Assembly: GCA_017618055.1 (NCBI GenBank)
Contig: JAFZVB010000014.1
Coordinates: 71,663-135,662, forward strand
Direction of reading: 5' to 3'
From: Clostridia bacterium
GTDB taxonomy: Bacteria; Bacillota; Clostridia; Christensenellales; CAG-917
Length of the DNA: 64,000 nucleotides
Shown here piece after piece: positions 45,704-55,419 of the stretch. The notes beneath the pieces are model-generated. The model searched no databases, was not told the DNA's origin, and saw only the letters and a program-made list of their open reading frames with translations. A program made the position numbers and the translations under genes. Position 1 is the first letter of the stretch, and every line of letters begins with the position of its first letter.

Positions 45704-47431
45704 ATGGGAAGCGATTTACTAACACTAAATGCTCTAGCAAAAGAACTTAATAATAAGATTCAAGGAGCAAAAATAGAAAAGATAGTACAACCTGAGAAAG
45801 ATGAAATCAGGTTCTTTATTCGTGTTAACAATAGGAATGAATGTTTAGTTATTTCCTGTAATTCCCAGACTCCAAGATGTCATTTAACATATGTTAAAAA
45901 AGAAAATCCTATTAATGCACCAGCTTTTTGTATGCTTCTTAGAAAGTATTTAGTTGGTGGAACAATCGAGAGTGCATCTATTTTCAATGCTGATAGAATA
46001 ATTCAACTTAAGATTACAGCAAGGAATGAAATGAAGGATATTTGCACTTATTATCTCTTTGTTGAGATTATGAGCAGATATTCTAATATCATCTTCACTG
46101 ATGCTGATTTTACTATATTTGATGCAGTTAAAAGGATCCCATTAAACGAGGATAATACAAACCATTTAGTTATGCACGGAGCCAAATACGAGCCGTTAGA
46201 ACAAGGAAAAGAGAGTTTTTTGACCTCTTCTTTCGATTTTATGAAAGACTTCAAATGCGGAGATCTCCACTCCTTTATTCTAGATAATATTACAGGCTTT
46301 TCTGGCATTACTGTTTCTGAAATAATTGCTAGATGTGGATTCATGAATGATGGTATGCCTACACTTGACGAAGAAGAATTAAATAGGTTTAAGGAGTTTA
46401 TAAATAAACTCAAGAATATAACAGAGCAAGATTTATATTCTCCATGTGTTATAGATAATAAAGGCGTATATCCTTTTGCTTATATGGTTCTTAATAAGGA
46501 TGTTATTACATTCCCTACTATAAATGAGGCTTTTGATGACCTACTTTCTAAGGAAGATGGAGATTTAAGACTAAAAGCCAAGATTAAAAATCTTGTAACA
46601 GCTACAAGAAGGTTCAAAGCAAGAGTTGAAAAACGTATTATTGATGATTCTCAAAAAATCCAGGCAACTGAGGATATGAATACTCAAAGATATTACGGGG
46701 ATATGATTATTAACAATATATATCTTGTTAAAAAAGGAGATTCTTCCCTAACTTGCACAGATTATACAACTGGAGAAAGTGTAACTATTCCTCTAGATCC
46801 AACTCTAACTCCATCTAATAATGCAAAAGCATATTACTCAAAATACAATAAACTTAAAAGAACAAGAGATTTTCTATCTAAAAAGATAGAAGAAGACAGA
46901 TCTATCCTTGAATATGTTAAGTCTATAGAACAAGAACTAGGCGAAGTAACTAATACTACTAACCCACTTTCAATTGAGCAAGAACTTATAAATATTGGTG
47001 CATTATATGCTCCAAAGACAGATGGAAAGAAAAAAGTTAGAAATCCTAAGCCAGATCCAATTGCTTGCTATGATGTAGAAGGATTCCAAGTATATGTTGG
47101 AAACAATAATATCCAAAACGATGAACTCACATTTAAGATTGCTTCCCCTAATGATATTTGGATGCATCTTAAGAATGAACATGGCAGACATACCATCATA
47201 ATAACCAACGGAAAAGAAGTTCCAGAGTCTGTTTTAAAGATTGCAAGTGAGATTACAGCTTCAACAAAAACAGGAAAAATTGCTGTAGACTATACCATAA
47301 GAAAGAATGTAAAACGTATTAACGGAGCCCTTCCTGGACTTGTTACTTATGTCAATTATAACACTCTTTATGTTACACCAAATTCACATGAAGAATTACG
47401 CCTAAACGGCAAAAGTTCTCAAAAAAATTGA
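45704..47431 (+). CDS. rqcH: ribosome quality control factor RqcH (NFACT / FbpA family)
   Basis: 575 aa with an NFACT-N domain, a coiled-coil middle and an NFACT-R motif (DIWMHLKNEHGRHTII). Confidence 0.85.
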   Translation: MGSDLLTLNALAKELNNKIQGAKIEKIVQPEKDEIRFFIRVNNRNECLVISCNSQTPRCHLTYVKKENPINAPAFCMLLRKYLVGGTIESASIFNADRIIQLKITARNEMKDICTYYLFVEIMSRYSNIIFTDADFTIFDAVKRIPLNEDNTNHLVMHGAKYEPLEQGKESFLTSSFDFMKDFKCGDLHSFILDNITGFSGITVSEIIARCGFMNDGMPTLDEEELNRFKEFINKLKNITEQDLYSPCVIDNKGVYPFAYMVLNKDVITFPTINEAFDDLLSKEDGDLRLKAKIKNLVTATRRFKARVEKRIIDDSQKIQATEDMNTQRYYGDMIINNIYLVKKGDSSLTCTDYTTGESVTIPLDPTLTPSNNAKAYYSKYNKLKRTRDFLSKKIEEDRSILEYVKSIEQELGEVTNTTNPLSIEQELINIGALYAPKTDGKKKVRNPKPDPIACYDVEGFQVYVGNNNIQNDELTFKIASPNDIWMHLKNEHGRHTIIITNGKEVPESVLKIASEITASTKTGKIAVDYTIRKNVKRINGALPGLVTYVNYNTLYVTPNSHEELRLNGKSSQKN

Positions 47432-48337
47432 TTATTTTAAAGTAGTTTTCCTTAATTTTTCTAAGATTTCGCTAAAATAAGCAGGAATTTCAGCCTTAAA
47501 GTCTAATGGCTCTCCAGTACGTGGATGAGTCAATTTTAGCTCATATGCATGCAATAATTGTCCGTTTTTATATAGTGTTTGGGAGCCACCATAGACTGCA
47601 TCTCCAACGATTGGATGATGAATGGATTTTGCGTGAACTCTAATTTGATGTGTTCTTCCCGTCTTTAAGTCAAAACGAACCAAAGTATAATTTCCAAATC
47701 TTTCTAAAACATGATAATGGGTAATAGCAACTCTGCCCTTTGGATCTATTGCCATCTTCTTGCGGTCTGTCTTAGATCTTGCAATATTAGCATTTATTAT
47801 GCCGTCATCCTCTTTAAAATTGCCATCACAAAGTCCAATATAGATTCTTTGGGCATCTTTTTTCTCAATTTGTGCTGCCAAAGACTTATGAGCTTCGTCA
47901 TTTTTGGCTACTACAAGCAATCCAGAGGTATCTTTATCAAGTCTATGCACTATTCCTGGTCTTATAACCCCATTTATTCCACTAAGATTGTCTATGTTAT
48001 ATAAAAGTGCATTAACAAGCGTATCATTCTTCTTATAAGAAGTTGCTGGATGTACCACCATTCCTTGTGGCTTGTTTACAATAATCAAATCTTCGTCTTG
48101 GTAAATTATATCTAATGGAATATTAGCTGGTGTTAAATCTAATTGTGTTGGCTCTGGGATGGTAAACTCAACGACATCTCCCTTTTTAAGCTTATAACCA
48201 CTCTTAAAAATAATAGTACCATTTACTTTGGCACCATCTTTTTCTAATATTGTATTTACATTACTTCTAGTTATATTTTCTTGCTTTGCAAGAAATACAT
48301 CCAAACGAAGTCCATCCTCATTTACAACGTGGTTCAT
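47432..48337 (-). CDS. rluD: 23S rRNA pseudouridine synthase RluD family
   Basis: 301 aa with an S4 domain and the catalytic HRLDKDTSGLLVVAKN. Confidence 0.9.
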   Translation of the reverse strand: MNHVVNEDGLRLDVFLAKQENITRSNVNTILEKDGAKVNGTIIFKSGYKLKKGDVVEFTIPEPTQLDLTPANIPLDIIYQDEDLIIVNKPQGMVVHPATSYKKNDTLVNALLYNIDNLSGINGVIRPGIVHRLDKDTSGLLVVAKNDEAHKSLAAQIEKKDAQRIYIGLCDGNFKEDDGIINANIARSKTDRKKMAIDPKGRVAITHYHVLERFGNYTLVRFDLKTGRTHQIRVHAKSIHHPIVGDAVYGGSQTLYKNGQLLHAYELKLTHPRTGEPLDFKAEIPAYFSEILEKLRKTTLK

Positions 48338-49065
48338 TCTTTATCCTCAGATTCTACAGTTTCTTCAACTTGCGCTTCTTCTGTTACTTGTACTTCTTGT
48401 ACTTCTATATCTTCTTCAGGTTTTACTTCCTCTATCTTGAATTGTTCTGCCTTTTTACGCTCTTCTTCTTGGACTAAATTTGCCTTTTGTGTGGTTCTAA
48501 CCATTTGCGCATCTTTTATCATTAAGGCGATTAGATACACGATTAATAGCGCTACACCTACTACAACATAAGCATCTGCAAGGTTCCAAACTGGGAAATC
48601 CATAAACTCAAAATTAAAGAAATCTCTAACACCCTTAAAATAATATTTGCCAGAGATAACCATGAATCTGTCTACCAAATTAGCAATACCACCAGCAAGA
48701 ATTAAAACAATTGCTATACGAGATGTTGTATCTATTTTTAATGCAGAACCTTTCTTGCTCTTCTTGTCTAAGAATTCTGTTACTAAAGAACCTGCTAAGA
48801 ATATGGTAATTGCAAGCATTAAGATAAGCGTAATAATAGAAAGTGTGAGTGTTTTTCCTTCAAAGGAACCAAATCCTGCACCTGTGTTTTCTACGTAAAT
48901 TAAAGAGATAAATCCTTTAATAAGGTCTTTGGATTCAAAACCATCATCCAAATAATGATATAGATAATCCTTAATGCATAAATCTAAAGCAATAAGTCCA
49001 CCTAATAGAACTAGTTCTATTACAGTACGAATTATTATACCTTTCTTTTTCTTATCTAGTGTCAT
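48334..49065 (-). CDS. lspA: lipoprotein signal peptidase (signal peptidase II) with an acidic C-terminal extension
   Basis: 243 aa with the conserved blocks NTGAGFG and WNLADAYVVVG. The ~60-aa E/V/Q-rich tail is atypical. Confidence 0.8.
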   Translation of the reverse strand: MTLDKKKKGIIIRTVIELVLLGGLIALDLCIKDYLYHYLDDGFESKDLIKGFISLIYVENTGAGFGSFEGKTLTLSIITLILMLAITIFLAGSLVTEFLDKKSKKGSALKIDTTSRIAIVLILAGGIANLVDRFMVISGKYYFKGVRDFFNFEFMDFPVWNLADAYVVVGVALLIVYLIALMIKDAQMVRTTQKANLVQEEERKKAEQFKIEEVKPEEDIEVQEVQVTEEAQVEETVESEDKE

Positions 49066-49595
49066 TATTGCCTCTTAAATTGAATAGGAACAGAGATTGT
49101 AACGCCTTGTGGAGCAAATAAGAAAATGTTACGTGTAATCTGTTGAATTGAACCGTTTAATGCGTATATAGCCCCACTCATAAAGTCTAGTATACGATAT
49201 ACTGCAGTTTGGTTAACTGTTGAGAAGTCTACTATAACCTGCTCACCTTTTTTAAGGTGGTCTATTAAAGCTTGTACATCTTCATATGTGGATGGAGAAT
49301 AAATAACTACATTGTTTTGTTGTTGTGGTTTTTTAGGTGCTTCTTGGTTATTGTTATTGCCAAACCATCTAGGGAAACGACTACGAACGCTTGCCTCAGA
49401 ACGATATTTCTTGTTTTGAATGTTTTGTTGGTAGTTTGGATCTACCTCATAGTTATTAGGATATCCTTGTTGCTGTGCAACATAACCTGGTTGTTGAGGT
49501 TGTTGGTATCCTCCTTGCATATTTTGTTGTGGTTGATTTGGGTTATAATTAGAATTCGTGTACCCAAGTCTTTGTTCGTAGTTGTTTCTGTCCAT
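49065..49595 (-). CDS. sepF: cell division protein SepF with a ~90-aa Q/N/P/Y-rich N-terminal region
   Basis: 176 aa. The C-terminal SepF core is VVIYSPSTYEDVQALIDHLKKGEQVIVDF...RILDFMSGAIYALNG. It follows yggS, as in the Bacillus ylm operon. Confidence 0.8.
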   Translation of the reverse strand: MDRNNYEQRLGYTNSNYNPNQPQQNMQGGYQQPQQPGYVAQQQGYPNNYEVDPNYQQNIQNKKYRSEASVRSRFPRWFGNNNNQEAPKKPQQQNNVVIYSPSTYEDVQALIDHLKKGEQVIVDFSTVNQTAVYRILDFMSGAIYALNGSIQQITRNIFLFAPQGVTISVPIQFKRQ

Positions 49596-49597
49596 AA

Positions 49598-50275
49598 TTA
49601 CACCTGATTTGCGTTATATATTCTTTCTCCAAATAAGACTCTTCCTAGTCTTATCATATTTGATCCATTGTCTAATGCTATCTCGTAGTCATTTGTCATG
49701 CCTGCAGATAGATATTTTATATCTACGTTTCCACCATCTAACTTTTTGGCTTCTTCGTAAATCTTATAAAGGTCTTTGTACATATCTCCTAGTGCAACCT
49801 TATCCTCCATATTTGGAAGAACAGCCATAACACCTTTTACGTTTATATGAGAATAATTTCTCATAGATTCTATAAAGGCATTAACTTCACTTGGAGCTAC
49901 GCCACCTTTTGTTATTTCTGCACCCATATTAATCTCAATTAAACAGTCCATAACCTTGTTATGTTTCGTTGCTTGTTTTTCTATTTCATCTGCAAGAGCA
50001 ACTCTGTCTAGTGAGTGTATAAGCTGAACTTTATCTATGATATATTTAACCTTGTTTGCTTGGAGTTGTCCTATCATGTGCCATACATAATTAGGATTAT
50101 ATTTAGACACCAATTCTTGTACTCTATTCTCTCCGAGAATAAAGTCTGGTGCAACTTTTACAAATTCATCTATGGTCTCACTTGTTTGAGTCTTAGATGC
50201 TGCAATTAAGGTTATATCACGATTGTACTTTTTTACAGTCTCTCGTATGTGTTCTATATTATGCGTTAGAACCAT
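49598..50275 (-). CDS. yggS: PLP homeostasis protein YggS/YlmE
   Basis: 225 aa with an alanine-racemase-N-like barrel. It has the PLP-Lys context LIAASKTQ and the C-terminal IRLGRVLFG. Confidence 0.9.
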   Translation of the reverse strand: MVLTHNIEHIRETVKKYNRDITLIAASKTQTSETIDEFVKVAPDFILGENRVQELVSKYNPNYVWHMIGQLQANKVKYIIDKVQLIHSLDRVALADEIEKQATKHNKVMDCLIEINMGAEITKGGVAPSEVNAFIESMRNYSHINVKGVMAVLPNMEDKVALGDMYKDLYKIYEEAKKLDGGNVDIKYLSAGMTNDYEIALDNGSNMIRLGRVLFGERIYNANQV

Positions 50276-51965
50276 TATTATAGTCTGTGAATTCTCCTGT
50301 TATCATTGAGAATACGAGTTTCTTGTCGTTACCATCCTCTACATATTCAACGACATAAGTCTTTGTTGCTTGTTTATATGTGATTTTCTTAATCTTTCCT
50401 TCAAATGGCTTATATGCTTTTTGTAAGATTTCAAGTTGTTCATCATCATATGCACTAATGTCATCGGATACAAATAGGATGTCACCAAACATTCTGTTCA
50501 CTTTAGAGTGAAGTTTTCTTTGTTCCATTGTGTATTTAACTGGTTTGTAACCATCATATCTTAAGAAGAATACGTCTGGATCGTTTGCAAAGATTCTTCC
50601 GTTTAGATGTCTTCTTGCAATTGTATTTGTAATTGAAGATTGTGTGGAAAGAATTTCTCTGTTTGTCATAGAAACATAGAACTTATCTGTGAATTGAAGT
50701 TCAGCATCACAACTAATTCTACATGCATCTACAATACCCCAAGATGGTCCAAGTGGTGCTCCACATCCAAGGATGATCTTATCTCTACAGCATTCTCTTA
50801 AGAAGTCCATAGCTTCGCACATTAATTGTCCACGAGATTTTCCGTTTCTTGGAATAATACATGCTGAATACAAGAAGTCTAACTTAACCATATCAAAGTT
50901 CCAGTTATCAAATACGTTATCAAAGCACTTCTTAATATATGCTCTAACCTCTGGTTTTTCGATATCTAATGCATAGAATCCCATCCAAGCGAATCCTGCA
51001 TATAACATTTTTCCGTTTTTATTATAAATAAACCAATCTGGATGTTCTTCAACAACCTTTGCCTTGAATTGTGCTGCAAATGGTGCAAGCCATAATCCTG
51101 CGAGGTATCCATCTTTATGTATTTCATCTACTATTGGTCTCATGCCGTTTGGGAATTTAACTGGATCTGTTACAAGCCAATCTCCAACCATAGATTCAAA
51201 ACCGTCATCAATTTGGAATATTTGTGCTTTATCTCCACACTTTTCATACATTCCCTTTAAATCTCTGAACATTGTCTTTTCATCTATATTTTGGAAATAA
51301 TTATACCAAGAGGTATAACCTGCTAAATGTTTAACTCTATTTGTCTTCTTTGCTGGATAGATTTCAAAGTATTTATCAAATACTTCGTCATAATCTCCAC
51401 AAACATTGTAGATTTCAAACATTAAGGATTCGCCCTTAAGTGTTACACCCTCTAATTCTTTTAGGATTTCAAAAGTATTATTTACCTTGTCTAGATAGAA
51501 AATTGTGTATCCGTTTCTGTCACTCAAAGTTCCATATAAATCAAATTCATCACCATCTCTGAAATATGTGTATGTGAATGAATGGAATAAGTCTTTGCTA
51601 TATGTTGTGAAATCATAGTCTCCATAGCAAGCTGTCAACTTTCTTGCATAACTCCATTTATCACAGATCCAGGACAAACCTTTCATTACTTCGTTCTTTG
51701 CATATTCTTTAGAATATGACCAGCTTTGATAACCATTGATGAAGAATAATTCGTCATCTTTTAAAGTCTTATCATAGACAAGAGATACTGATATCATTTC
51801 AACATCTTTCTTTGCTTCTACCCAAGCCTTTAATAAGCCATTCTCAAATTCAAATTTGCTTACAGAAATAAATTCGTTACCTTCTGTTGTAACTTTTTTG
51901 CCATTCTCTAAATAAACGATTTTTGCTCTAAATTTTGATAAATCCATAAATTTCCCCTTTTGCAT
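50259..51965 (-). CDS. clan GH-D glycoside hydrolase, GH36-like (putative alpha-galactosidase family)
   Basis: 568 aa with QIDDGFESMVGDW, a (beta/alpha)8-type block with KFPNGMRPIVDEIH, and the probable nucleophile context MVKLDFLY. The family call is by motif resemblance only. Confidence 0.55.
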   Translation of the reverse strand: MQKGKFMDLSKFRAKIVYLENGKKVTTEGNEFISVSKFEFENGLLKAWVEAKKDVEMISVSLVYDKTLKDDELFFINGYQSWSYSKEYAKNEVMKGLSWICDKWSYARKLTACYGDYDFTTYSKDLFHSFTYTYFRDGDEFDLYGTLSDRNGYTIFYLDKVNNTFEILKELEGVTLKGESLMFEIYNVCGDYDEVFDKYFEIYPAKKTNRVKHLAGYTSWYNYFQNIDEKTMFRDLKGMYEKCGDKAQIFQIDDGFESMVGDWLVTDPVKFPNGMRPIVDEIHKDGYLAGLWLAPFAAQFKAKVVEEHPDWFIYNKNGKMLYAGFAWMGFYALDIEKPEVRAYIKKCFDNVFDNWNFDMVKLDFLYSACIIPRNGKSRGQLMCEAMDFLRECCRDKIILGCGAPLGPSWGIVDACRISCDAELQFTDKFYVSMTNREILSTQSSITNTIARRHLNGRIFANDPDVFFLRYDGYKPVKYTMEQRKLHSKVNRMFGDILFVSDDISAYDDEQLEILQKAYKPFEGKIKKITYKQATKTYVVEYVEDGNDKKLVFSMITGEFTDYNNGSNA

Positions 51966-52097
51966 GTAAATTACACGTAATTTATTTTTTTATGGAAATA
52001 GTATAGCATAAAGAGGATGTAAATGTCCACATTTACAAACCCAGAAAAATAGAAAAAGTATTTAACAATCTTAAAAATATCTGGTATAAATAAAGGC

Positions 52098-52871
52098 ATG
52101 AGAAAAATTACAAACGAAAAAACAAAGGATATTCTTTCATATATTTCACTCTCTTTTGCAATAATTTTTGCAATTGGATTCATCCTTTTCTTTATTTATG
52201 GCATCGCAAGTGCAATAGCATTTAAGCCATTAGTACCATTAGTTATATTTGGTGCATCCATAGTCTTTTTAGGACTTGCATCTGCACTATTTAGTTATTT
52301 CTTTAATCTTAAGATTAAAAAAGAGAAACCAGAAGAAGTTAGAACCAAAACTGAAAAGGTTACAACCTGGGCCGTTGTTAAAGAATATATTACATTCTCA
52401 AACGCTGCTCTTGCTTTTGTTTTAATTGGTGCTGTACTTCTTTTCTCTTCTATTGGTCTTGGATCTTTAAAGAAACCAAACTGGAGAGTTGCTACAACAG
52501 AGTTTATGAAGGCAAATGGTTATCACGATTCAGCACTTCACTATGATATCAAATATGATGTTGCAGCTGATGTAAACAAAATAGATATAGACCTAACAAA
52601 CAAAAACGTTGTTGTTATCTATGATACCGAAAACAATTTCATAACATTAGATGGTTATGAACTCTATGATAACGAGGTTACTCTTACAAATGTTCAAAGT
52701 GGTACCCTCTATCTAAGAGAAACAGAATCTCCAAGACAACATAAACTAGATAATATGTTCTGGTTCATCTTCAAAAATAACAAGTATGAAGCACAAATTA
52801 GAATATATATTCCATCATCTCAAAAGGATAATGTAACTATTACTGGAGATTATATCGTAGCCAAAGAATAA
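52098..52871 (+). CDS. hypothetical membrane protein (3 TM helices plus a beta-rich C-terminal domain)
   Basis: 257-aa ORF with hydrophobic helices in the first ~130 aa. No motif was recognised. Confidence 0.5.
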   Translation: MRKITNEKTKDILSYISLSFAIIFAIGFILFFIYGIASAIAFKPLVPLVIFGASIVFLGLASALFSYFFNLKIKKEKPEEVRTKTEKVTTWAVVKEYITFSNAALAFVLIGAVLLFSSIGLGSLKKPNWRVATTEFMKANGYHDSALHYDIKYDVAADVNKIDIDLTNKNVVVIYDTENNFITLDGYELYDNEVTLTNVQSGTLYLRETESPRQHKLDNMFWFIFKNNKYEAQIRIYIPSSQKDNVTITGDYIVAKE

Positions 52872-52896
52872 ACAAAATTATATCTTAAGATATAAA

Positions 52897-52935
52897 AATA
52901 GGGACACAAATTAATGTATCCCTATTATTTTTTTA
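52897..52935. terminator. Bidirectional terminator between the convergent 257-aa ORF and icd
   Basis: Stem AATAGGGA(C)AC / GT(A)TCCCTATT followed by ATTTTTTT on the plus strand. A U-rich tract is also present on the minus strand. Confidence 0.65.
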
Positions 52936-52947
52936 ATTTTCTAAATC

Positions 52948-54204
52948 TTAGAGTTTGATATTTGCTGCGATTGCTTCAATAAACTCTTTGGAGTTTGCAA
53001 CTTTAATCTCTACTCCTTCTTTGTGGAATAATGATGCTAAGTCTTTTGTCATTGTGCCACTTTCAATTGTTTCAATTGTTGCATTCTCAACAGCTGTTGC
53101 AAAGTCTACAAGAGCTTGGTTACTATCTAACTCGCCTCTCTTCTTTAATGCACCAGTCCATGCAAAGATTGTTGCAACTGAGTTTGTAGATGTTTCTTCG
53201 CCTGCTTCATATTTTCTGAAGTGTCTTGTTACTGTTCCATGTGCAGCTTCATATTCAAATGCACCACTTGGTGAAACCAAGATAGATGTCATCATAGCGA
53301 GAGATCCGAATGCTGTAGCAACCATATCAGACATTACATCACCATCATAGTTCTTAAGTGCCCAAATGAATCCACCGTTGCTTCTCATAACTCTTGCAAC
53401 TGCGTCATCAATAAGTGTATAAAAATATGTGATACCAGCTTGCTCAAATTTTTCATGATATTCTGTATCATAAAGATTTTGGAAAATGTCCTTAAATCTA
53501 TGGTCGTAAATCTTTGAAATTGTGTCCTTTGTTGAGAACCATAAATCTACCTTTTCTTCAAGAGCGTAGTTGAAACAACTACGAGCAAAGCTTGTAATAG
53601 ATTCATCTGTGTTGTGAATTGCTTGTACAATACCAGTCTTTTCACCGAAGTCAAATACCTCTTTATTTCCTCTGTTAGAAGTAAGTTTAACCTCTCCACC
53701 AGCAACTGTCATTTCAACTCCCTTATATACGTCACCATATGCATGTCTTGCTACATAAATAGGACGAATCCAGGTTGGAACTAAAGGTGTAATACCTTCA
53801 ACAAGTAATGGAGCACGGAAAACTGTACCATCCATAATAGCACGAATTGTTGCATTTGGACTTGGCCACATCTTCTTGAGCTTAAATTCTTGTACTCTTT
53901 GTGCATTTGCTGTAATTGTTGCACACTTAACACCTACACCATACTTCAAACAAGCATTTGCAGCTTTTTCTGTAATCTTGTCATCTGTAGCATCTCTGTT
54001 TTGGATTGAGAGATCATAATACTCTGTTTTTAAGTCAACATATGGTTCAATGAGGATTTCTTTAACCCATTTCCATAATACTCTGGTCATCTCATCGCCA
54101 TCCATTTCAACTAATGGTGTGATCATTTGGATTTTTTCTCTTTCTACTGTCTCTGGATTTTCTACAGTTTCAACAGTTTCTACTTTTTCTACAGTTTCGT
54201 CCAT
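52948..54204 (-). CDS. icd: NADP-dependent isocitrate dehydrogenase, eukaryote-like homodimeric type
   Basis: 418 aa. VEMDGDEMTRVLW, the substrate-binding blocks and overall colinearity match the IDH1/IDH2-like subfamily. The ATG at 54204 has an AGGAGA SD, so the 25-aa VETVE-repeat N-terminal extension appears to be translated. Confidence 0.9.
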   Translation of the reverse strand: MDETVEKVETVETVENPETVEREKIQMITPLVEMDGDEMTRVLWKWVKEILIEPYVDLKTEYYDLSIQNRDATDDKITEKAANACLKYGVGVKCATITANAQRVQEFKLKKMWPSPNATIRAIMDGTVFRAPLLVEGITPLVPTWIRPIYVARHAYGDVYKGVEMTVAGGEVKLTSNRGNKEVFDFGEKTGIVQAIHNTDESITSFARSCFNYALEEKVDLWFSTKDTISKIYDHRFKDIFQNLYDTEYHEKFEQAGITYFYTLIDDAVARVMRSNGGFIWALKNYDGDVMSDMVATAFGSLAMMTSILVSPSGAFEYEAAHGTVTRHFRKYEAGEETSTNSVATIFAWTGALKKRGELDSNQALVDFATAVENATIETIESGTMTKDLASLFHKEGVEIKVANSKEFIEAIAANIKL

Positions 54205-54397
54205 TCTAGATTTCTCCTATATGTTATTTTCGCCAACATTTTACTCTATATTATACTTTTTATCAAGTATAAATGTGCGTAATGCGTGCAAATCAAAAAC
54301 TAAACACAGACCTTCGTTTTGTCTAATTTTCTATGCATTTTCGTTCTTTTGGGGTTAAATTTATTCTAAAAAATGCACTTTTTTAAAATACTTTGGC

Positions 54398-54856
54398 TTA
54401 ATTTGGCTTATTTTCTTCTTGTAATTCCTTCCACATTATTAGAGCATCATACTTGCCATCATAGTATTTTTTTCTAACTCCATAAGATACAAATCCATAA
54501 GATTCATAGAGCTTAATAGCAGGTATATTATCTACTCTAACTTCAAGCGTCATACGTTTAAGACCAACAATTTGTGCATCATAAATTAATCTGGAAAGAG
54601 TCAATTTTCCAAATCCTTTTCCTCTGTATGTCTTTTTAACAGCCACATTTGTTATATGAGCTTCATCTACAACAGTATGGTAACCTGCATAAGAAATGAC
54701 TTCATCTCCACTCACACCAACTATATAGTGTGCATAAGGATGAGACAATTCTGGTATAAACATATTCTTAGTCCAAGGATTCTCATGCTCAAAAGCTTCC
54801 TTCTCTATTTCAACCATTTGGTCTAAATGTTCATATGCAAGTGGGACAAATGTCAT
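54398..54856 (-). CDS. rimI: ribosomal-protein-alanine N-acetyltransferase RimI (GNAT)
   Basis: 152 aa with the GNAT acetyl-CoA motif YRGKGFGKLTL. It has the usual position after tsaB. Confidence 0.85.
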   Translation of the reverse strand: MTFVPLAYEHLDQMVEIEKEAFEHENPWTKNMFIPELSHPYAHYIVGVSGDEVISYAGYHTVVDEAHITNVAVKKTYRGKGFGKLTLSRLIYDAQIVGLKRMTLEVRVDNIPAIKLYESYGFVSYGVRKKYYDGKYDALIMWKELQEENKPN

Positions 54857-55419
54857 TCTAAATTCCTCTCGGCTTGGGATTTTCTCATATAAAATGGAAC
54901 AAAAACGTCCACAAATTCGTTATTCTTAAACTTTTTCATCACAATTTGGTCTATTGCTTGCACTTCTTCAATCTCTGGAGTGCTTAAAACGTTAGAAAAA
55001 TCATATTCTTTCCCAGCTTCAATGAAGTCTGTTTCAACGATTTTTCCGTCTTTACACTTAGCTAAATAGGTATTTCCATGTCCAGCGTCTACAGAAACCA
55101 TAACCTCGCCTCTATTTTGTGCAAGGATTTCAAATGTAGAAAAAGATATTCTCTTTGCCTTATTTGCATAAGACATAGCTGTCATGGAAGAAACACCAAT
55201 TCTAATACCAGTAAAAGATCCTGGACCAACGTTAACAGCAAAGTTTTCTATGTCTTTTATATCCATATTAGCTTTGCTAATAATTTCGTCTATGGTTGGC
55301 ATTAATGAAGTAGAATGTTCTGCCTTCTCCATCTCTTTTCTAGTATATAAAAGCTGTTCCCCATTACGGAGAACAACTGTTAATGTAGAATTTGTGGTAT
55401 CTATTGCAAGATAATTCAT
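54853..55419 (-). CDS. tsaB: tRNA t6A biosynthesis protein TsaB
   Basis: 188 aa, short form, with N-terminal YLAIDTTNSTLTVVL and GPGSFTGIRIG. Confidence 0.85.
   Translation of the reverse strand: MNYLAIDTTNSTLTVVLRNGEQLLYTRKEMEKAEHSTSLMPTIDEIISKANMDIKDIENFAVNVGPGSFTGIRIGVSSMTAMSYANKAKRISFSTFEILAQNRGEVMVSVDAGHGNTYLAKCKDGKIVETDFIEAGKEYDFSNVLSTPEIEEVQAIDQIVMKKFKNNEFVDVFVPFYMRKSQAERNLE

Noticed and set aside
51971-52183. 70-aa minus-strand ORF between the GH36-like gene and the 257-aa ORF
   Set aside because: It is AT-rich and I/F/Y/K-dominated. It overlaps the start of the better-supported plus-strand ORF at 52098 and has no SD, so it is probably non-coding promoter DNA.
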